64,000 bases of DNA from Octopus vulgaris. Its lineage: Eukaryota. The stretch is taken from NCBI GenBank assembly GCA_951406725.2, contig OX597828.1, positions 58,342,001-58,406,000 of the forward strand, read 5' to 3'. The notes below the pieces were generated by a model that was not told the origin of the DNA, ran no database searches, and saw only the letters and a list, made by a program, of their open reading frames with translations. Position 1 is the stretch's first letter. Each line of letters opens with the position of its first letter. Positions 16,215 to 28,540 of the stretch are shown here, piece by piece. A program made the position numbers and the translations under genes.

Positions 16215-16934
16215 GGTATATGTATATGATTGTATGGGTGTGTGAATTTGAATGAAGACATTATTTTAGTGAGAAGAGCAATAACTTCTCTGTTTTTGGT
16301 CAGATAAAGACAATAATAATTATAATAATTTATGAAAATTTGTTTTATATTTATTTGATATTCACAGCTTCAAGGTTGATGTGAAACGGTTGACACAATG
16401 ACACAAAACTGTACACTTATTGAAACCAGTTTGCTTGTGTGTTTGATCTGAATGCATATCCTATTAATTGTGTCTTGCCATTCGTTCCTCAGGGTGATTA
16501 AAATAACGACCACTGGTGTATATTGTTGATTCAACACAGTAACCCCCTACTAAAAACATTGTAACTTGTGTGTCGATGGAGTAGGGGGACACAACAAAAA
16601 ATTACCTTGGTCTACTTCAGGTTGAAAATACATTAAGTTTACAAAGCACATCTTTTAAATTGCTGTATTTCTCGGAGAAGCTATTGTCCTTTAGATTCTA
16701 ATTAGAATATTGTATATTTAGATTTAACCCTTCAGCTCCTTCAGATTATTCTGTCGTCAAATGTTCTCTGCTTATTCATTCACCTTGTTTTGAGTTAATC
16801 ATGCTTTAGCTTTGAAATTTCAATGGTGTGATTGCTTATTTTTAGAATGACATTGTAGGGTAGGTGTGAGATACCAGATATGGCTCTTTTGAATGTAAAA
16901 CAGGAAGAATATTTGGGCTGGATAGGATCAGTTT

Positions 16935-17347
16935 GGATCTTTTCGGTTTGAAGGGGGCAGTTTTTTAAAATAATTTCCACATAACTAAACACTTTTAAAC
17001 TTCGTATACTGGTAGAATGTGTTTATAAAACATCTTTTTCTCTTGGCTTTCTTGAGAAAATTCTATAGTTTGTAAGATATTTGTTGTTGTTTTCCTTCAA
17101 TTTCTGTAATTTCAACCAATCAATGACGTCTGTTGAGGTGAAAACATTCTGTGCCGTATGAATATGTCCCTTGTTTATGAAACAGATTGGGTTTATTTAC
17201 ATTTCTGAAGAAAAAAAGATACCCTTCCCCCTAACCCTAACTCTAAAACAGATTGAAATGCAATAGATCGATACTAGGGTCATAATTATGGGTGAGAATT
17301 TCATATGACACCACTAGAAAAAACTGTTGTTCAAACCGAAAAGATCC
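16935..17347. mobile_element. MITE with 18-bp TIR GGATCTTTTCGGTTTGAA and 8-bp TSD (Merlin-like), nested in a family-2 MITE
   Basis: Perfect TIR. TSD ATCAGTTT/GTCAGTTT. The host MITE is split around it. Confidence 0.8.
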
Positions 17348-17743
17348 GTCAGTTTAAATGCTAAAGAGTTAAACAATAGCAACACTGAAAATAACATTTT
17401 TTTGAGGTGGATTGCTACTAAAGTATTGAGTTTTAGTTAAAATTGGGAGGATTTACCACTGACACATCTGAAAGCTATCTTGAATCGGTTTTAGTTTATA
17501 GATTTACAGTTTCTAACTGGAAATGAAGTTGGCTCACAATTTAATAGATAGCAAAAATCTTAAAATCAGATTCCTATTGTACGACTGTAAATATTTGATC
17601 CTATTAAATAATTAGATTTTATGATTAGATTTTGTTGACAAACTGAAAGGAGCCTATTACACATATACTCACCTGATGTTTTATTCTAAAGCATATGTAT
17701 ATTGAGTTCTAATAATTGGTTATAGTATCAATATGTTATATAT

Positions 17744-17848
17744 ATATTATATAAAATCAGTGTCTGTCTGTGTGTGTGTGTCTTCTAGGATCTCGGGTAT
17801 CCTCCATCCGATTGCGTTCAAATTTGATATGTAGATACTGACGGTAGT
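17744..17848 (+). mobile_element. Probable non-autonomous Helitron-like 5' fragment
   Basis: TATATAAAA...GTCTGTCTGTGTGTG start resembling 33030-33352. Truncated. Confidence 0.35.
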
Positions 17849-18829
17849 CATAGAAAATCTACCTCAGTAAGCTCCATGCAATACGTGCAAGCATGGAAAA
17901 ATGGACATCGAAATGATTAAGGTGAAGATGATAATAGCAGTTACTCCAAATTTCTGGAAAATGAAGATGCAGTGAAGAGTGAATTTTGTACTTTCACCAG
18001 GTAACCTCAGAACACTCTGAACAGCATCATCTTTATTTTCTATAAATTTCAATTAACTGATATTACTGGAGACACATACACACACACACATGCATGCACA
18101 CACAATGGGCTTCTTTCAGTTTCCATCTACCAAATCCACTTACAAGGCTTTGGTAAGCCTAGGGCTGTAATAGAAGACATTTGGCCAAGGTGCCACACAG
18201 TAGAATTGAACCTGAAACCATGTGGTTAGGAAGCAACCTACTTAATCCACACAGCCATGCTTGTACCTGCTATTATTTATGCTATCTCCTTTAATGCTTG
18301 TTTCTAGATTTCAGATACTCTTGGAGGGAGTTTTTCTTTACTAATTGCAAGGAACGTCTCATTTAATGTAAGTTTTTCAACTCACTGTATTGCATATGTG
18401 AGATTTTAATGTAGGTTTATTTAAACTGGATAACACTTAAGTATTTTCCCCCCTCAACTTGAACTCACCACACACTCATACACATGTTTAGGCACAAACA
18501 CACACACATGCACAGAAACGCGTGTTAGAAGTGTTACTAGACTATAAGAGTATCTCCTGCTTAGGCCTGAAATCACGTGAAGAAAGTAAATATACTAAAG
18601 TGCCCTGTAAGTGAAGCTATAAAATCCAGTCTCACTTTTGTAAGGGTTAAGGAACTTCTTCCCCCCCCACACTCTCTATCACATGTCTATCTCATTGTAT
18701 TTATGTGAATAACAATACTCAAAACTTCAGTGGAACTTTCATCTCACTTATATTGGTTATTAAAGAGGTCAGTTTTATTCTACGGTGGACTAAGTATTAG
18801 ACTATAATAAAGTTGATATTGTTTAGTAA

Positions 18830-19104
18830 CGAGAGAAAGTGAGTGCACAAATGTGAGAGAGAGAGAGAGAGGGAAACGGTGATTGCGAGCTGCTGATGTA
18901 CAATTGATGGCTGCTAAGTGCTAGTTTTAGTGAGTGCAGTGAGTATTGTTTCACCAGCTGCATAAAGTGCATCGTGTGGTATGGATTTTCTGTTTAGAGA
19001 TTTCTTGTCTTTGAAGCAAGACATTTTCCATTGAAGACCAGTTTATGTTTACAATATATGAAAGACATATATTCAGGTAAAATGCTGCTTAACCAGAGAA
19101 CAAG
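18830..19104 (+). other. Candidate alternative first exon (UTR-like sequence, ATG at 19082 giving MLLNQRT, donor AG|GTAATC at 19105)
   Basis: Non-repetitive segment with a (GA)n tract ending in a plausible donor. No transcript evidence. Confidence 0.25.
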
Positions 19105-19427
19105 GTAATCAGTGTTTGAACGTTATCTTTGCACAAGTTGTTTTTCTTCTTTTTTTTTTTTGCTTCTTCTTTTCTTTGAGTTGTCCTTTTGCTATTTTAT
19201 ATTTGTCATTGAATGGAATTAAGCAGAGTTATTCAAATGAATGTATTTATTTATTTATTTGTAAGTCTATTTTTTAAATAAGTTTTGAATAAATCTGAAG
19301 AATGTGAATAAAATTCCTCCGTTTCGTTCACATCTATCCTATGCACTAATTTCTTTTGAAGAAAGAACCTTTTGGAAACGTTGGAACTTACTTCTGCTCA
19401 TGACACGCAGATTTCCGTTTTATATAT

Positions 19428-20810
19428 CAGGTTGAGTCAAAAGTAAGCAACGTTTTGAACCATGAAGAATTTGTACCAGATATTTCCAGAGTTTTGAATA
19501 TTTTTTTAAGCATTTATTTGCAATTGTCTGATAATACAGACATAGACTTGCTCAAATGCATCAATAAATTAACATTGATATTTTTTTTCATCATTGTTAC
19601 ATTCATCTGAAATGGAACTGTCAAAGTGCGATATTCGAACAATTTTGGTATTCAACTTCAAAAAAGGATGTAAAGCATCTGAAACTGCTCACGATATCAA
19701 TGAAATGTTTGGTGAGGAAATGACCAGTGAGTGGTCAGCTTGAAAATGGTTTAACCCTTTTGTTACCATATTTTTTTTTAGATGCTCTGTGTTTCTTTCA
19801 ATTAATATTAAATATAACAAAGAATTTAGTAAAATAACTTACTTATCATTAAGCTAGTATTAGGAATATAAATTGGGACTAAGGATTGGTGGAAGATTTT
19901 AATTTAGAACTCATGAAAACAAGACGTACTACAGAGCCTGAGGCAGTTTCAGCTTGGTTAGTTTTGAAAGGGTTAAAGAATTTCGCAGTGGAGAACTGAG
20001 CCTTGGAGGTTGTGAGCATAGTGGACACTCATCTGTCATCGATGATGATCAACTGAAGACTGTCATTGAGAAAGATCCGCATAAAACCACTCGAGAACTG
20101 GTAAAAGAACTTCAAGTTAGCCAGAAAACTGCCTGTAACCATTTGCATGCAATTGGCAAATCAAAAAAGCTCGACAAATGAGTACCACATGATTTGAACG
20201 AAAATTAGAAAATGTGCAAATATGAAATTTGCTTCTTCTCCGTAACCAGACCAATCCATTTCTTGACCATATTGTAACTTGCAATGAAAAGTGGGTTCTG
20301 TACAATAATAAAGAACGTTCTTTGCAGTGGTTGGACCAAAATGAAGCACCGAAAACTTTTCCTCAACCTGAACTCTTCAAAAAGAAGGTTATGGTGACTG
20401 TTTGGTGATGTACAACTGGACTCATCCATTATAACTTCTTAAAACCTGGAAAAATCATTACTGCAGAAACGTATTGCCATGAAATTGCCAAATTGAATGA
20501 AAATCTGCTCCACCTCCGTCCCATAAGGGTCAACAGAAGAGGGCCAATCATTCTTCATGACAATGCTCGACCACACGTTTCACTAATGACACTCCAGAAG
20601 TTGAGGGAATTTGGCTTCGAAGTTCTTCACCACCCAGCTTATTCCCCAAACCTGACTACCACTTTTTCAAGCACTTTGATGGTTTCCTGCAAGAGAAGGA
20701 GTTCAAAAATCAAACCAATGCTGAAAGTATATTCAAAGAGTTCACCAGCTCCAGAACTCCAGATTTTTATATTACCAGAATAAACAAACTTGTAACTCAT
20801 TGGCAAAATT
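19428..20810 (+). mobile_element. Mariner transposon, decayed transposase (ATG at 19612)
   Basis: MELSKCDIRTILVFNFKKG..KWFKEFRSG, *VPHDL, IVTCNEKW, HDNARPH, HPAYSPNL. Contains stops and frameshifts, a MITE inserted at a TTAA, and the 3' end is replaced by a SINE. Confidence 0.92.
19755..19972. mobile_element. TTAA MITE family 1 inside the mariner ORF
   Basis: TTAA duplicated at 19751 and 19973. Removing the MITE restores KWFKEFRSG. Confidence 0.9.
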
Positions 20811-21068
20811 CTGCTGCAGTTGACTTTGCCTTTCATCATTTTGAGGTCAATAAAATTTGTCCCAGTTAAGCACTGGGATCAAAGCAGTTGACTAGCTCCC
20901 TCCTCAAAAATTTCAGGCCTTGTGCCTGTAGTAGAAAGGAATCTTTTTGTTAACTTTTTACCTTGCTGATGGTACCTATGTACATGGCTTGCACAGCTCA
21001 CAGAAATTACTAGCCACAAGTCACTGGTTTATGTCATCTGAGATATTCTTCACCAGGGAAAGACTTAA

Positions 21069-21288
21069 CCCTTTCGTTACTGAATTTATTTTGAGATGTT
21101 CTGTGTTTCTTTCAATTACTTTAAATGTAACAAAGAATTTAGTAAAATAACTTAGTTATCATTCAGCTAGTGTTAGGAACATAAATTGTGACTTAGGTTT
21201 GGTGGAAAATTTTAATTCAAAACTTATGAAAACAAGACATTTGTACTCAGAGCCAGAGCCGGTTTCAGCCGGGTTGGTAACGAAAGGG
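21069..21288. mobile_element. TTAA MITE family 1
   Basis: TIR CCCTTTCGTTAC/GTAACGAAAGGG with TTAA TSD. Confidence 0.92.
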
Positions 21289-22262
21289 TTAATATTCACA
21301 ATAATCTGTTTATTTTGTTTTCTGCTGAGTATCAAAGTCTGTTTGGCCTGCTTGCTCAAGTGTAATCACTAACAAATGATTAAAAAAAAACCTTTTAATC
21401 CTTTACCATTTAAACTGACCACATAACAGGCCCAAATATTTTATCTGTTTTATGTTCAAACCAGTCAGACCCAGACTCTCACATCTACTCAGCAATGTCA
21501 TTCAAAAAATAAACATTTGCATCATCAAAATCCCAAAGCCACAAGACAATGCAGGATTAATTTCAAAACAATGTGAATAAATAAGCAATACATTTGACAG
21601 AGTAACCTGAAGGTTAAAGGGTTAAGCAATCACTTTTTTCTCTTTAATGTTTGTAAAACATTGTTTGATATGTGGCAGGTGTAGAAAGGAAAATGTCGAC
21701 TTGTAACTTTTTGACAATGATCGAGTAAGAGAAATGTTTATTTAACCTTTTTGGTTGTAGGAAGAAATTATGGACCAATATTATGGCTGTAATATCCTGA
21801 AGCATTTCAAATTATGATGGAAAATCTTACCGTTCCTACACATTTTCTTCAGGTTTATACTTGTTCCTTTCCTGGACAAAACGGGTTTGCATCTCCTGCT
21901 GTAATCAATTTAAACTAAACTATAAGGAAACCTGACTCTCGTTTATAAACTGCACTTCAGGGCTGTCATAGACTTTGCCAATCTATTCCTGAGCCATATC
22001 AATCTACCTTCTATCCATTCTATCCAAAATAGTATCCATACAGACAGTGTATATTTGCATCCCGTGTTGATAACCTACATAATGGGAACCAAAATATTCA
22101 AAGATTATGTGTGAGAGGTGCAAATCATATCAGCAGACTGCTTCAATCTGTGAAGCATTTATAACTACTCCTTCAGCTGTTTTCAGTGATCTAAATCATC
22201 ATCATCATCATCATTTAGCATCCGCTTTCCATGCTGGCATGGGTTGGATGGTTTGACTGAAA

Positions 22263-22493
22263 GGTGGCGAGCTGGCAGAAATGTTAGCACGCCGGGCGAA
22301 ATGCTTAGCGGTATTTTGTCTGCCGCTATGTTCTGAGTTCAAATTCTGCCAAGGTTGATTTTGCCTTTCATCCTTTCGGCGTCGATTAAATAAGTACCAG
22401 TTACACACTGGGGTCGATGTAATCGACTTAATTCCTTTGTCTGTCCTTGTTTGTCCCCTCTGTGTGTAACCCCTTGTGGGTAGTAAAGAAACA
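22263..22493 (+). mobile_element. SINE family A nested in a family C copy
   Basis: TSD GGTTTGACTGAAA on both sides. Confidence 0.88.
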
Positions 22494-22699
22494 GGTTTGA
22501 CTGAAACTGGTAAGCTGAGGGTTGCATCAGGTTCCAATCTGATGTGGAATGATTTCTACGGCTGGATGCCCTTCCTAATGCCAGCCATTCCAAGAGTGTA
22601 ATGGATGCTTTTTACGTGCTAGTTATGTGTCACTGGCTTCAACCAATGAATATAATACAATAATGACATTTTAAATCAGAGTAACTCCCTTTTATAAGG

Positions 22700-22876
22700 A
22701 GAGTTTACAAAAAAACAAAAGATGAAGACAGGTGGTGTACAAAACAAACAAGTGTATTAGTATAACACTTGGGAATAGAAAATGTCTTTTACGTTTCGAG
22801 CCTACGCTCTTCTACAGAAAGGGACACAGAAAAAACAAGGAGAGAAAAAAATGTGTGTAGTGGCTAACGATCTATC
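22700..22876 (-). mobile_element. Penelope-like element remnant with a minimal hammerhead-like motif (22786-22821)
   Basis: Minus strand reads CTTT-CTGTAGA-A-GAGC-GTAG-GCTC-GAAA-CG-TA-AAAG. Confidence 0.6.
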
Positions 22877-23419
22877 CTTTGGATTCAAATACATTCATTT
22901 AAATAGCTGCAGTTTCAGTTTCTCTATCCCACAAACTTATCCGTGTATGTAAGGAAAGTTGTCTTTTAATGTCCACGTCTCCAAGCTTGCATGGGTTGGA
23001 TAGGTTTTTCATTGTCTGACAAACACAAACATAGAAAATTGGTTATCTTTGTTGTTTTGTATGTAATTTTTTGTTTCTGGAATGGTTTTTATTGCCGAAT
23101 GCCTTTCCTATCACCAACCATTTTAGAGCATAAACTATCCTGTTGGCACTGGAAACTTTCTCTGCAGCTAGATTAAAGTGTCTCCTCTCTCTTGCTCACC
23201 TAGATGTGTGTTAGCTGCTTATACCAAATTCTATATCCCACCCGCCCCTCTCTTTCCCCCTCTCTTTCACACACACAAAGGTTTTTAAACTGCATGGCTT
23301 AGGGTTCAGTCCCACTATACAGCACCTGAAGCAAGTGTCTTTAATTATAGTTTTAAGTTGACCAATGCCTTGCGAGGAAATTTGGTTGACTTGATAGAAT
23401 GAAATAAATTTACCATACA

Positions 23420-23463
<44 letters not shown>

Positions 23464-24362
23464 GTGCCTGTGAATGTTTGCAAAAACTATGCTGATTTAT
23501 GACTTTGGTCAGTGATGTCACCATTTGTGGTTGGCCTGTAACATTTGTTGACACTTTCTGTAAACAAATTATCCATTACTTTAACACTTTCAAATTCCTC
23601 TAAAATATAAACCTCCCTTACTTGAAAAACAGGCAAGTGTTGGTGACAGGAAGTGCATCCAGCTGTAAAAATCCTGCCTCACCTTTTGCCCAAGCCATGC
23701 TGGCATGGAACAACGGACATTAAACGAACTATCAAATGTCTACCTGTTTAACCCTTTAGCATTTAAACTGGCCATGTCCGGCAGCCTGAATGTTCTGTTT
23801 TATTTTAAAACTGACCAGATCCAACCTCTCACACCTACCCTACAATGTCATTCTAAAAATATACAAACACACCACTGAAATCTCGCAGCCGCAAGAGAAT
23901 GTATGATTCATTCAAAGCAATGTGAATAAATAAGCAATACATTTGACAAAGAAATCCGAATGCTAAAAAATTAAATGTCTTGGCCTTGAGGCAAGAAGCA
24001 CAAGTCATTCATTTTTTTTTATATTATGATTTATTTGGTAAACACATTAGAAATATACTGGCAAGCTTGTTTACTATGATGCAGCGGGGAAACCATTCTA
24101 GAACTTGCAAACAAATTTTCAGCATTATAGACCTATGTATGTGGTTTGTCAGATGTAATTCTGAGTATTGACCGAGTGAAATGTCATCTTTCAGTAAGTA
24201 AATTACTAATGCTACAGCTTGTGTTGTGTAGTTGGTATATTTTGTACAATGTAAAGAAATGAATATATAAATAACACATGAATGATGTGACAGAAGTAAC
24301 GTAACCCAGAACTGACAACATAAGAAATAATACACTACGTATATTTGATTAATCATTTGTCA

Positions 24363-24434
24363 AGCAGAATGGTGCAGCAGAAGCATGCTGGGCTCCTAAC
24401 CCAGAGGTCTAGAGATCAAAATTACACTCTGCAA
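24363..24434 (+). pseudogene. Initiator tRNA-Met pseudogene
   Basis: AGCAGAATGGTGCAGCAGAAGCATGCTGGGCTCCTAACCCAGAGGTC..GATCAAAA..CTCTGC aligns to the metazoan tRNA-iMet consensus. Anticodon mutated to CCT and T-arm disrupted. Confidence 0.8.
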
Positions 24435-24487
24435 AGAAATGGATACTAATTTTGATATTAATGCATCACAACTGTGTTAACTACAAA

Positions 24488-24587
24488 TATACCAACCAGT
24501 ACATGTATATATACCTACAAGGGTTAGAATAAATTATATAATTTATACTAACCCTTGTAGGTATATATACATGTACTGGTTGGTATA
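24488..24587. repeat. 100-bp spacerless palindrome (one mismatch)
   Basis: Arms pair about a centre at 24537/24538. The only mismatch is A24528/A24547. Confidence 0.95.
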
Positions 24588-24660
24588 ATGTCAAAACAAG
24601 GAGGAACAGCGCACACACATGCACTACACATGTGTGTATGATGAGCTTCCTTCAGTTTCT

Positions 24661-24877
24661 TAATTCTTTATTACCCACAAGGGGCTAAACAAGAACAGAC
24701 AAACGGTTTAAGTCAATTACATTGACCCCAGTACATAACTGGTACTTAATTTATTGACCCCAAAAGGATGAAAGGCAAAGTCGGCCTCGGCGGAATTTGA
24801 ACTCAGAACGTAAAGACAGTCGAAATACCGCTAAGCATTTCACCTGCCATGCTAACGTTTCTGCCAGCTTGCCGCCT
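24661..24877 (-). mobile_element. SINE family A nested in a family B copy
   Basis: TSD TTCAGTTTCT. Confidence 0.85.
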
Positions 24878-25553
24878 TTCAGTTTCTGTCTACCAAATCC
24901 TCTTGCAAATCTTTAACCTAAAGTGATGCATACTGCGATTGAACCCCAAATCATAATGTTGGGAAGGGAGCTTCATAACCACACGGCCATGCCTCCTCCA
25001 TCTGTTATCATTCTTAATTTTTTTTTTTCATTTTACTAGAAATGTTAGAACACTGTACTAAATGTTTTACAGTCTATCTCTCTCATGTATATATATCATT
25101 TGCTTCCTTATGTTTTAAGTTCAAATTCTGTCAAGGTTGACCTTTTCTCTCTTTCTTCTTTAAATACCAGTTATAAACTGCATTAATTTAATTCAATCAA
25201 CTATACCTTTCTTGTCTTGACTAACTGACTTTGTGTTTATTATCATTGTTGTTATTGTTGGGCAACCAGCTGTCTGAATCATTGGCACCAGACAAACTGC
25301 TTTGTGGCATTTCATCTCTCTTCATGTTCTTAATTCCAATTTGGCTGAGGTTGACTTTTGCCTTTGTGGAAATAGATTATTGTTATTAAAATGAAAAGCA
25401 GAAAATGCTGAGTATACCAAATGAAATATGTCAAATAACGAGTAGAGTAAATACCATTCCAAATTAGTAATTCAAAATATAATAGGTTTGCTTTGCTTAT
25501 ATACAATTTTAGGTTGTCTTTTTCAAAAATTTGTTTTGAAATCTCTCTCTCCC

Positions 25554-25556
<3 letters not shown>

Positions 25557-25598
<42 letters not shown>

Positions 25599-25631
25599 AT
25601 GTATATATATATACACATACATGCATATATG

Positions 25632-25664
<33 letters not shown>

Positions 25665-25743
25665 GTATATATATATATACACATACATGCATATATGTAT
25701 ATATATATACACATACATGCATATATGTATATATATATATATA
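25557..25743. repeat. Compound (GT)/(TA)/CACATACATGCA microsatellite
   Basis: Seen directly. Confidence 0.9.
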
Positions 25744-26021
25744 ATGATAAATTTAACCTCTCTGTCTATATACCTACCCTCTTTGTAATGTTGGCAAATG
25801 AAATAAGTATAAAAATGTATATTGTCCATTTAATTAAAAAATTCTATATGTGGCTGAAGATTGCTTTACATTTTAAAACTGATGTAATACTTACAGTGTT
25901 TAATAAAATGAAGTAGCATGAAACGATTGTACTACACTACCTTGGATATCCTTGTTTTTTATTTTTTATTTTATCTAGTTTCAGCTCATGAGCTGTGGCC
26001 ATGCTGGGGCAGCTTATTTTG

Positions 26022-26048
<27 letters not shown>

Positions 26049-26053
<5 letters not shown>

Positions 26054-26597
26054 TTTTGGTAGAAATGACTTATGTCCCTCTTAGCGTGAGGCATTTATAT
26101 GTAATAATGCCCTCTATATAATATAAATTAATATGTTCAATAAGAAAGAATTATTTTCGAAATTTTTCTCTTATGAGGTTTTTCACGCTATCTACCTGAT
26201 AATTTCTTGTTAAGATTCCTTATTAAGAAGTTATCCTTAATTGTTAAATTTATTCCGAAAAAACTTTTCCTATCCGAAATGCAGTTCGAAGAAGCCCGCC
26301 ATTTACCGGATATATGATTTGTAAACTTCTCCATGTGCTTCGTTAGAGTAGAGCAGTTGGCTGTTCGACTTCAACGGTACTGGTCGTTTATTTATGATAT
26401 GTTCAGAATCAGTCTTACTGATGAGCATGGATGCAAATTCTTCTGCGGTGAGTGCGAAATCACAGGTGATATAAGACTAAATTCATTTTTTAAATGTCTT
26501 GCTTTGAAAAACTGCATTGGGTATTATTAGTAAAATTTTTGGTAGAAATGACTTATGTCCCTCTTAGCGTGAGGCATTTATATGTAATAATGCCCTC

Positions 26598-26608
<11 letters not shown>
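26049..26608 (+). mobile_element. Hammerhead-containing retroelement (non-LTR retrozyme / Penelope-derived), 483-nt unit with a 77-nt terminal direct repeat, inserted in (TA)n
   Basis: 26049-26125 is identical to 26532-26608. Hammerhead inside. No long ORF. Confidence 0.8.
26411..26478 (+). ncRNA. Type I hammerhead ribozyme
   Basis: Stem I AGTCTTA/TAAGACT, core CTGATGA, stem II GCAT/GTGC, GAAA, stem III TCAC-AG-GTGA, cleavage triplet AUA (cut after 26471). Confidence 0.88.
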
Positions 26609-26652
<44 letters not shown>

Positions 26653-27981
26653 GCAATAGTCAAAGTTCCTAGTATTGAACAAAATCACTATTCAGAAACT
26701 AGTATTCCCTAAAATTTCCAGGCAGCCTTGATTATGCTCAGATAATTTGGAGTTCTGTTTTTGTCAATGAAAAAAAGAGAGGAAATCACCTTCAAGCTGG
26801 CTGGTCTAAGTTTACAAATGCACATGGTTCTGTTTCCCGTGTACTTTTTATTTATTTTTTTTGCCTTCTGGGGTATGTGAAGGACCATTTACTGCAGTAC
26901 TTTGGATCAGTAGTTACAGAGATTATGTCCCAAAAATTGGTGATCCACTGGCATTAAGATGGCTGTACCATTTGCCTCATTTTCTTTATGATGGCTGTAG
27001 AGGTGGTTTTCAGAAGGACAAGAGGCTGTTCAGAGGATACCTAGTACTGTCACCTCTGCATGTAAAGAGAGAAGCTCTCTTAATATTGCTGGATGAGCAA
27101 TTCTAGCAATGTGAGTCGCACATCAAAGTCCCCCCTCCCCCCCGCAAAAAAAATATTAATCATTTAATAACTCAAAGTCAAATAAAAGAATTTTCTTTTG
27201 AAACTGGAAAGGAGCATATTCTAACAATTAGGGAGCAAGCAATTAAGTTCCTAGACTGTACCGATGCAGCCTCCTTAAATTATAGTACAAATGGATTTTG
27301 AGATTAAAATCAAATTGTGTTGGAGGATTTATTGCCATTGGCAACTGCGAATTGGCATGAAACATTAAGTCAGTCACTTCTTGTCACTCTCAGGACTTCA
27401 AACCTTCAGCATTTAAGCTGGCCGTATCCAGCCAAAATATTCTTATTTTATGTTGAAACAAACCAGATTTGGCTTCTCATACTTACCTTATAATGTTATT
27501 CTAAAGATAAACAATCACATCATGGAAATCTCAAAGCTATGAGATGATGCATGATTAATTCTGAACATTGGGAATAAACAAACATAACACTCAACATAGG
27601 AATCTGAATGCTAAAAGGTAAAAGTACCATTATCAAAAGTGTGGAGAATGAAAATGTGTGCTGGCAGTAGGTTAGGAGGTCAATGCACCCGGGTGGCACG
27701 AGAAACATCAGAAGGAAGAAACTGTTGTTGAATACGAACCAGCTTGTTGTGATTACTCCTGAGAATAGTCTATGGATGTACATCCATCTCCAGCAAATAT
27801 TAAACAATGAAGCTGGAGAGAGGTTATGCATTGTTGCATGTTCTGTCAGCGTGCATGACATTCCTTTCAGTGTTTACCTGTCAGCCTCACCAAGTTCTGA
27901 AAAGATTAAATGCAGCCAAGCATTTTGCCCAGTGTGCGAACAATGTCTCTCAGCTCACCACCTTATTCTTCCATAATAATA

Positions 27982-28483
27982 TCGTAAATCCTCGAGTATA
28001 ATCCGCATTTTTTTCTCAAAATTTAAAGGTCAAAATCTCTAGTACGAGGTTAAAAATGAGAATTATTTTCTAAGCAATGTCTGAGTCTCTATTTGCTGTC
28101 CAGCAATGTTTATTCAGATGCATTTTGTGATGTTGAGCACGAAAATACCTTAATCTAAGCCTGAAAGCAATGAAGTCATAAAAGAATCATCCATAATTTG
28201 CAATAAGCAACATTTATTAAACGTTATTACTGTTATTTCTTTATTTTCTACAAACAAAATGCACAAAAAAAGCTACACGTTTGCATTATGTAATATATAC
28301 AATAATAATAAAGGACGTTAGTGTATACATTTTTACAAACCAAGGACGTTATATAGACCTCCTTGACTCAAGTTAGAGAAGGGGTGCATAGTATACACAA
28401 GGTTTAGGTTTTTCAGAGGTACAGCCTCCTAAAAATCCCCTGCGTATTATACTCAAGGGTGGACTATACTCGAGGATTTACAG
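27982..28483. mobile_element. pogo/Tc1-type MITE
   Basis: TIR core GTAAATCCTCGAGTATA/TATACTCGAGGATTTAC, with TA on both sides. Confidence 0.8.
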
Positions 28484-28540
28484 TAATTAAAATGGTGATG
28501 TAGCTATTTTTCTTAAATATTTTTTTACTTTACTTTTCAG

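Noticed and set aside
25330-25916. Cluster of overlapping YIYI-rich ORFs
   Set aside because: Microsatellite translation.
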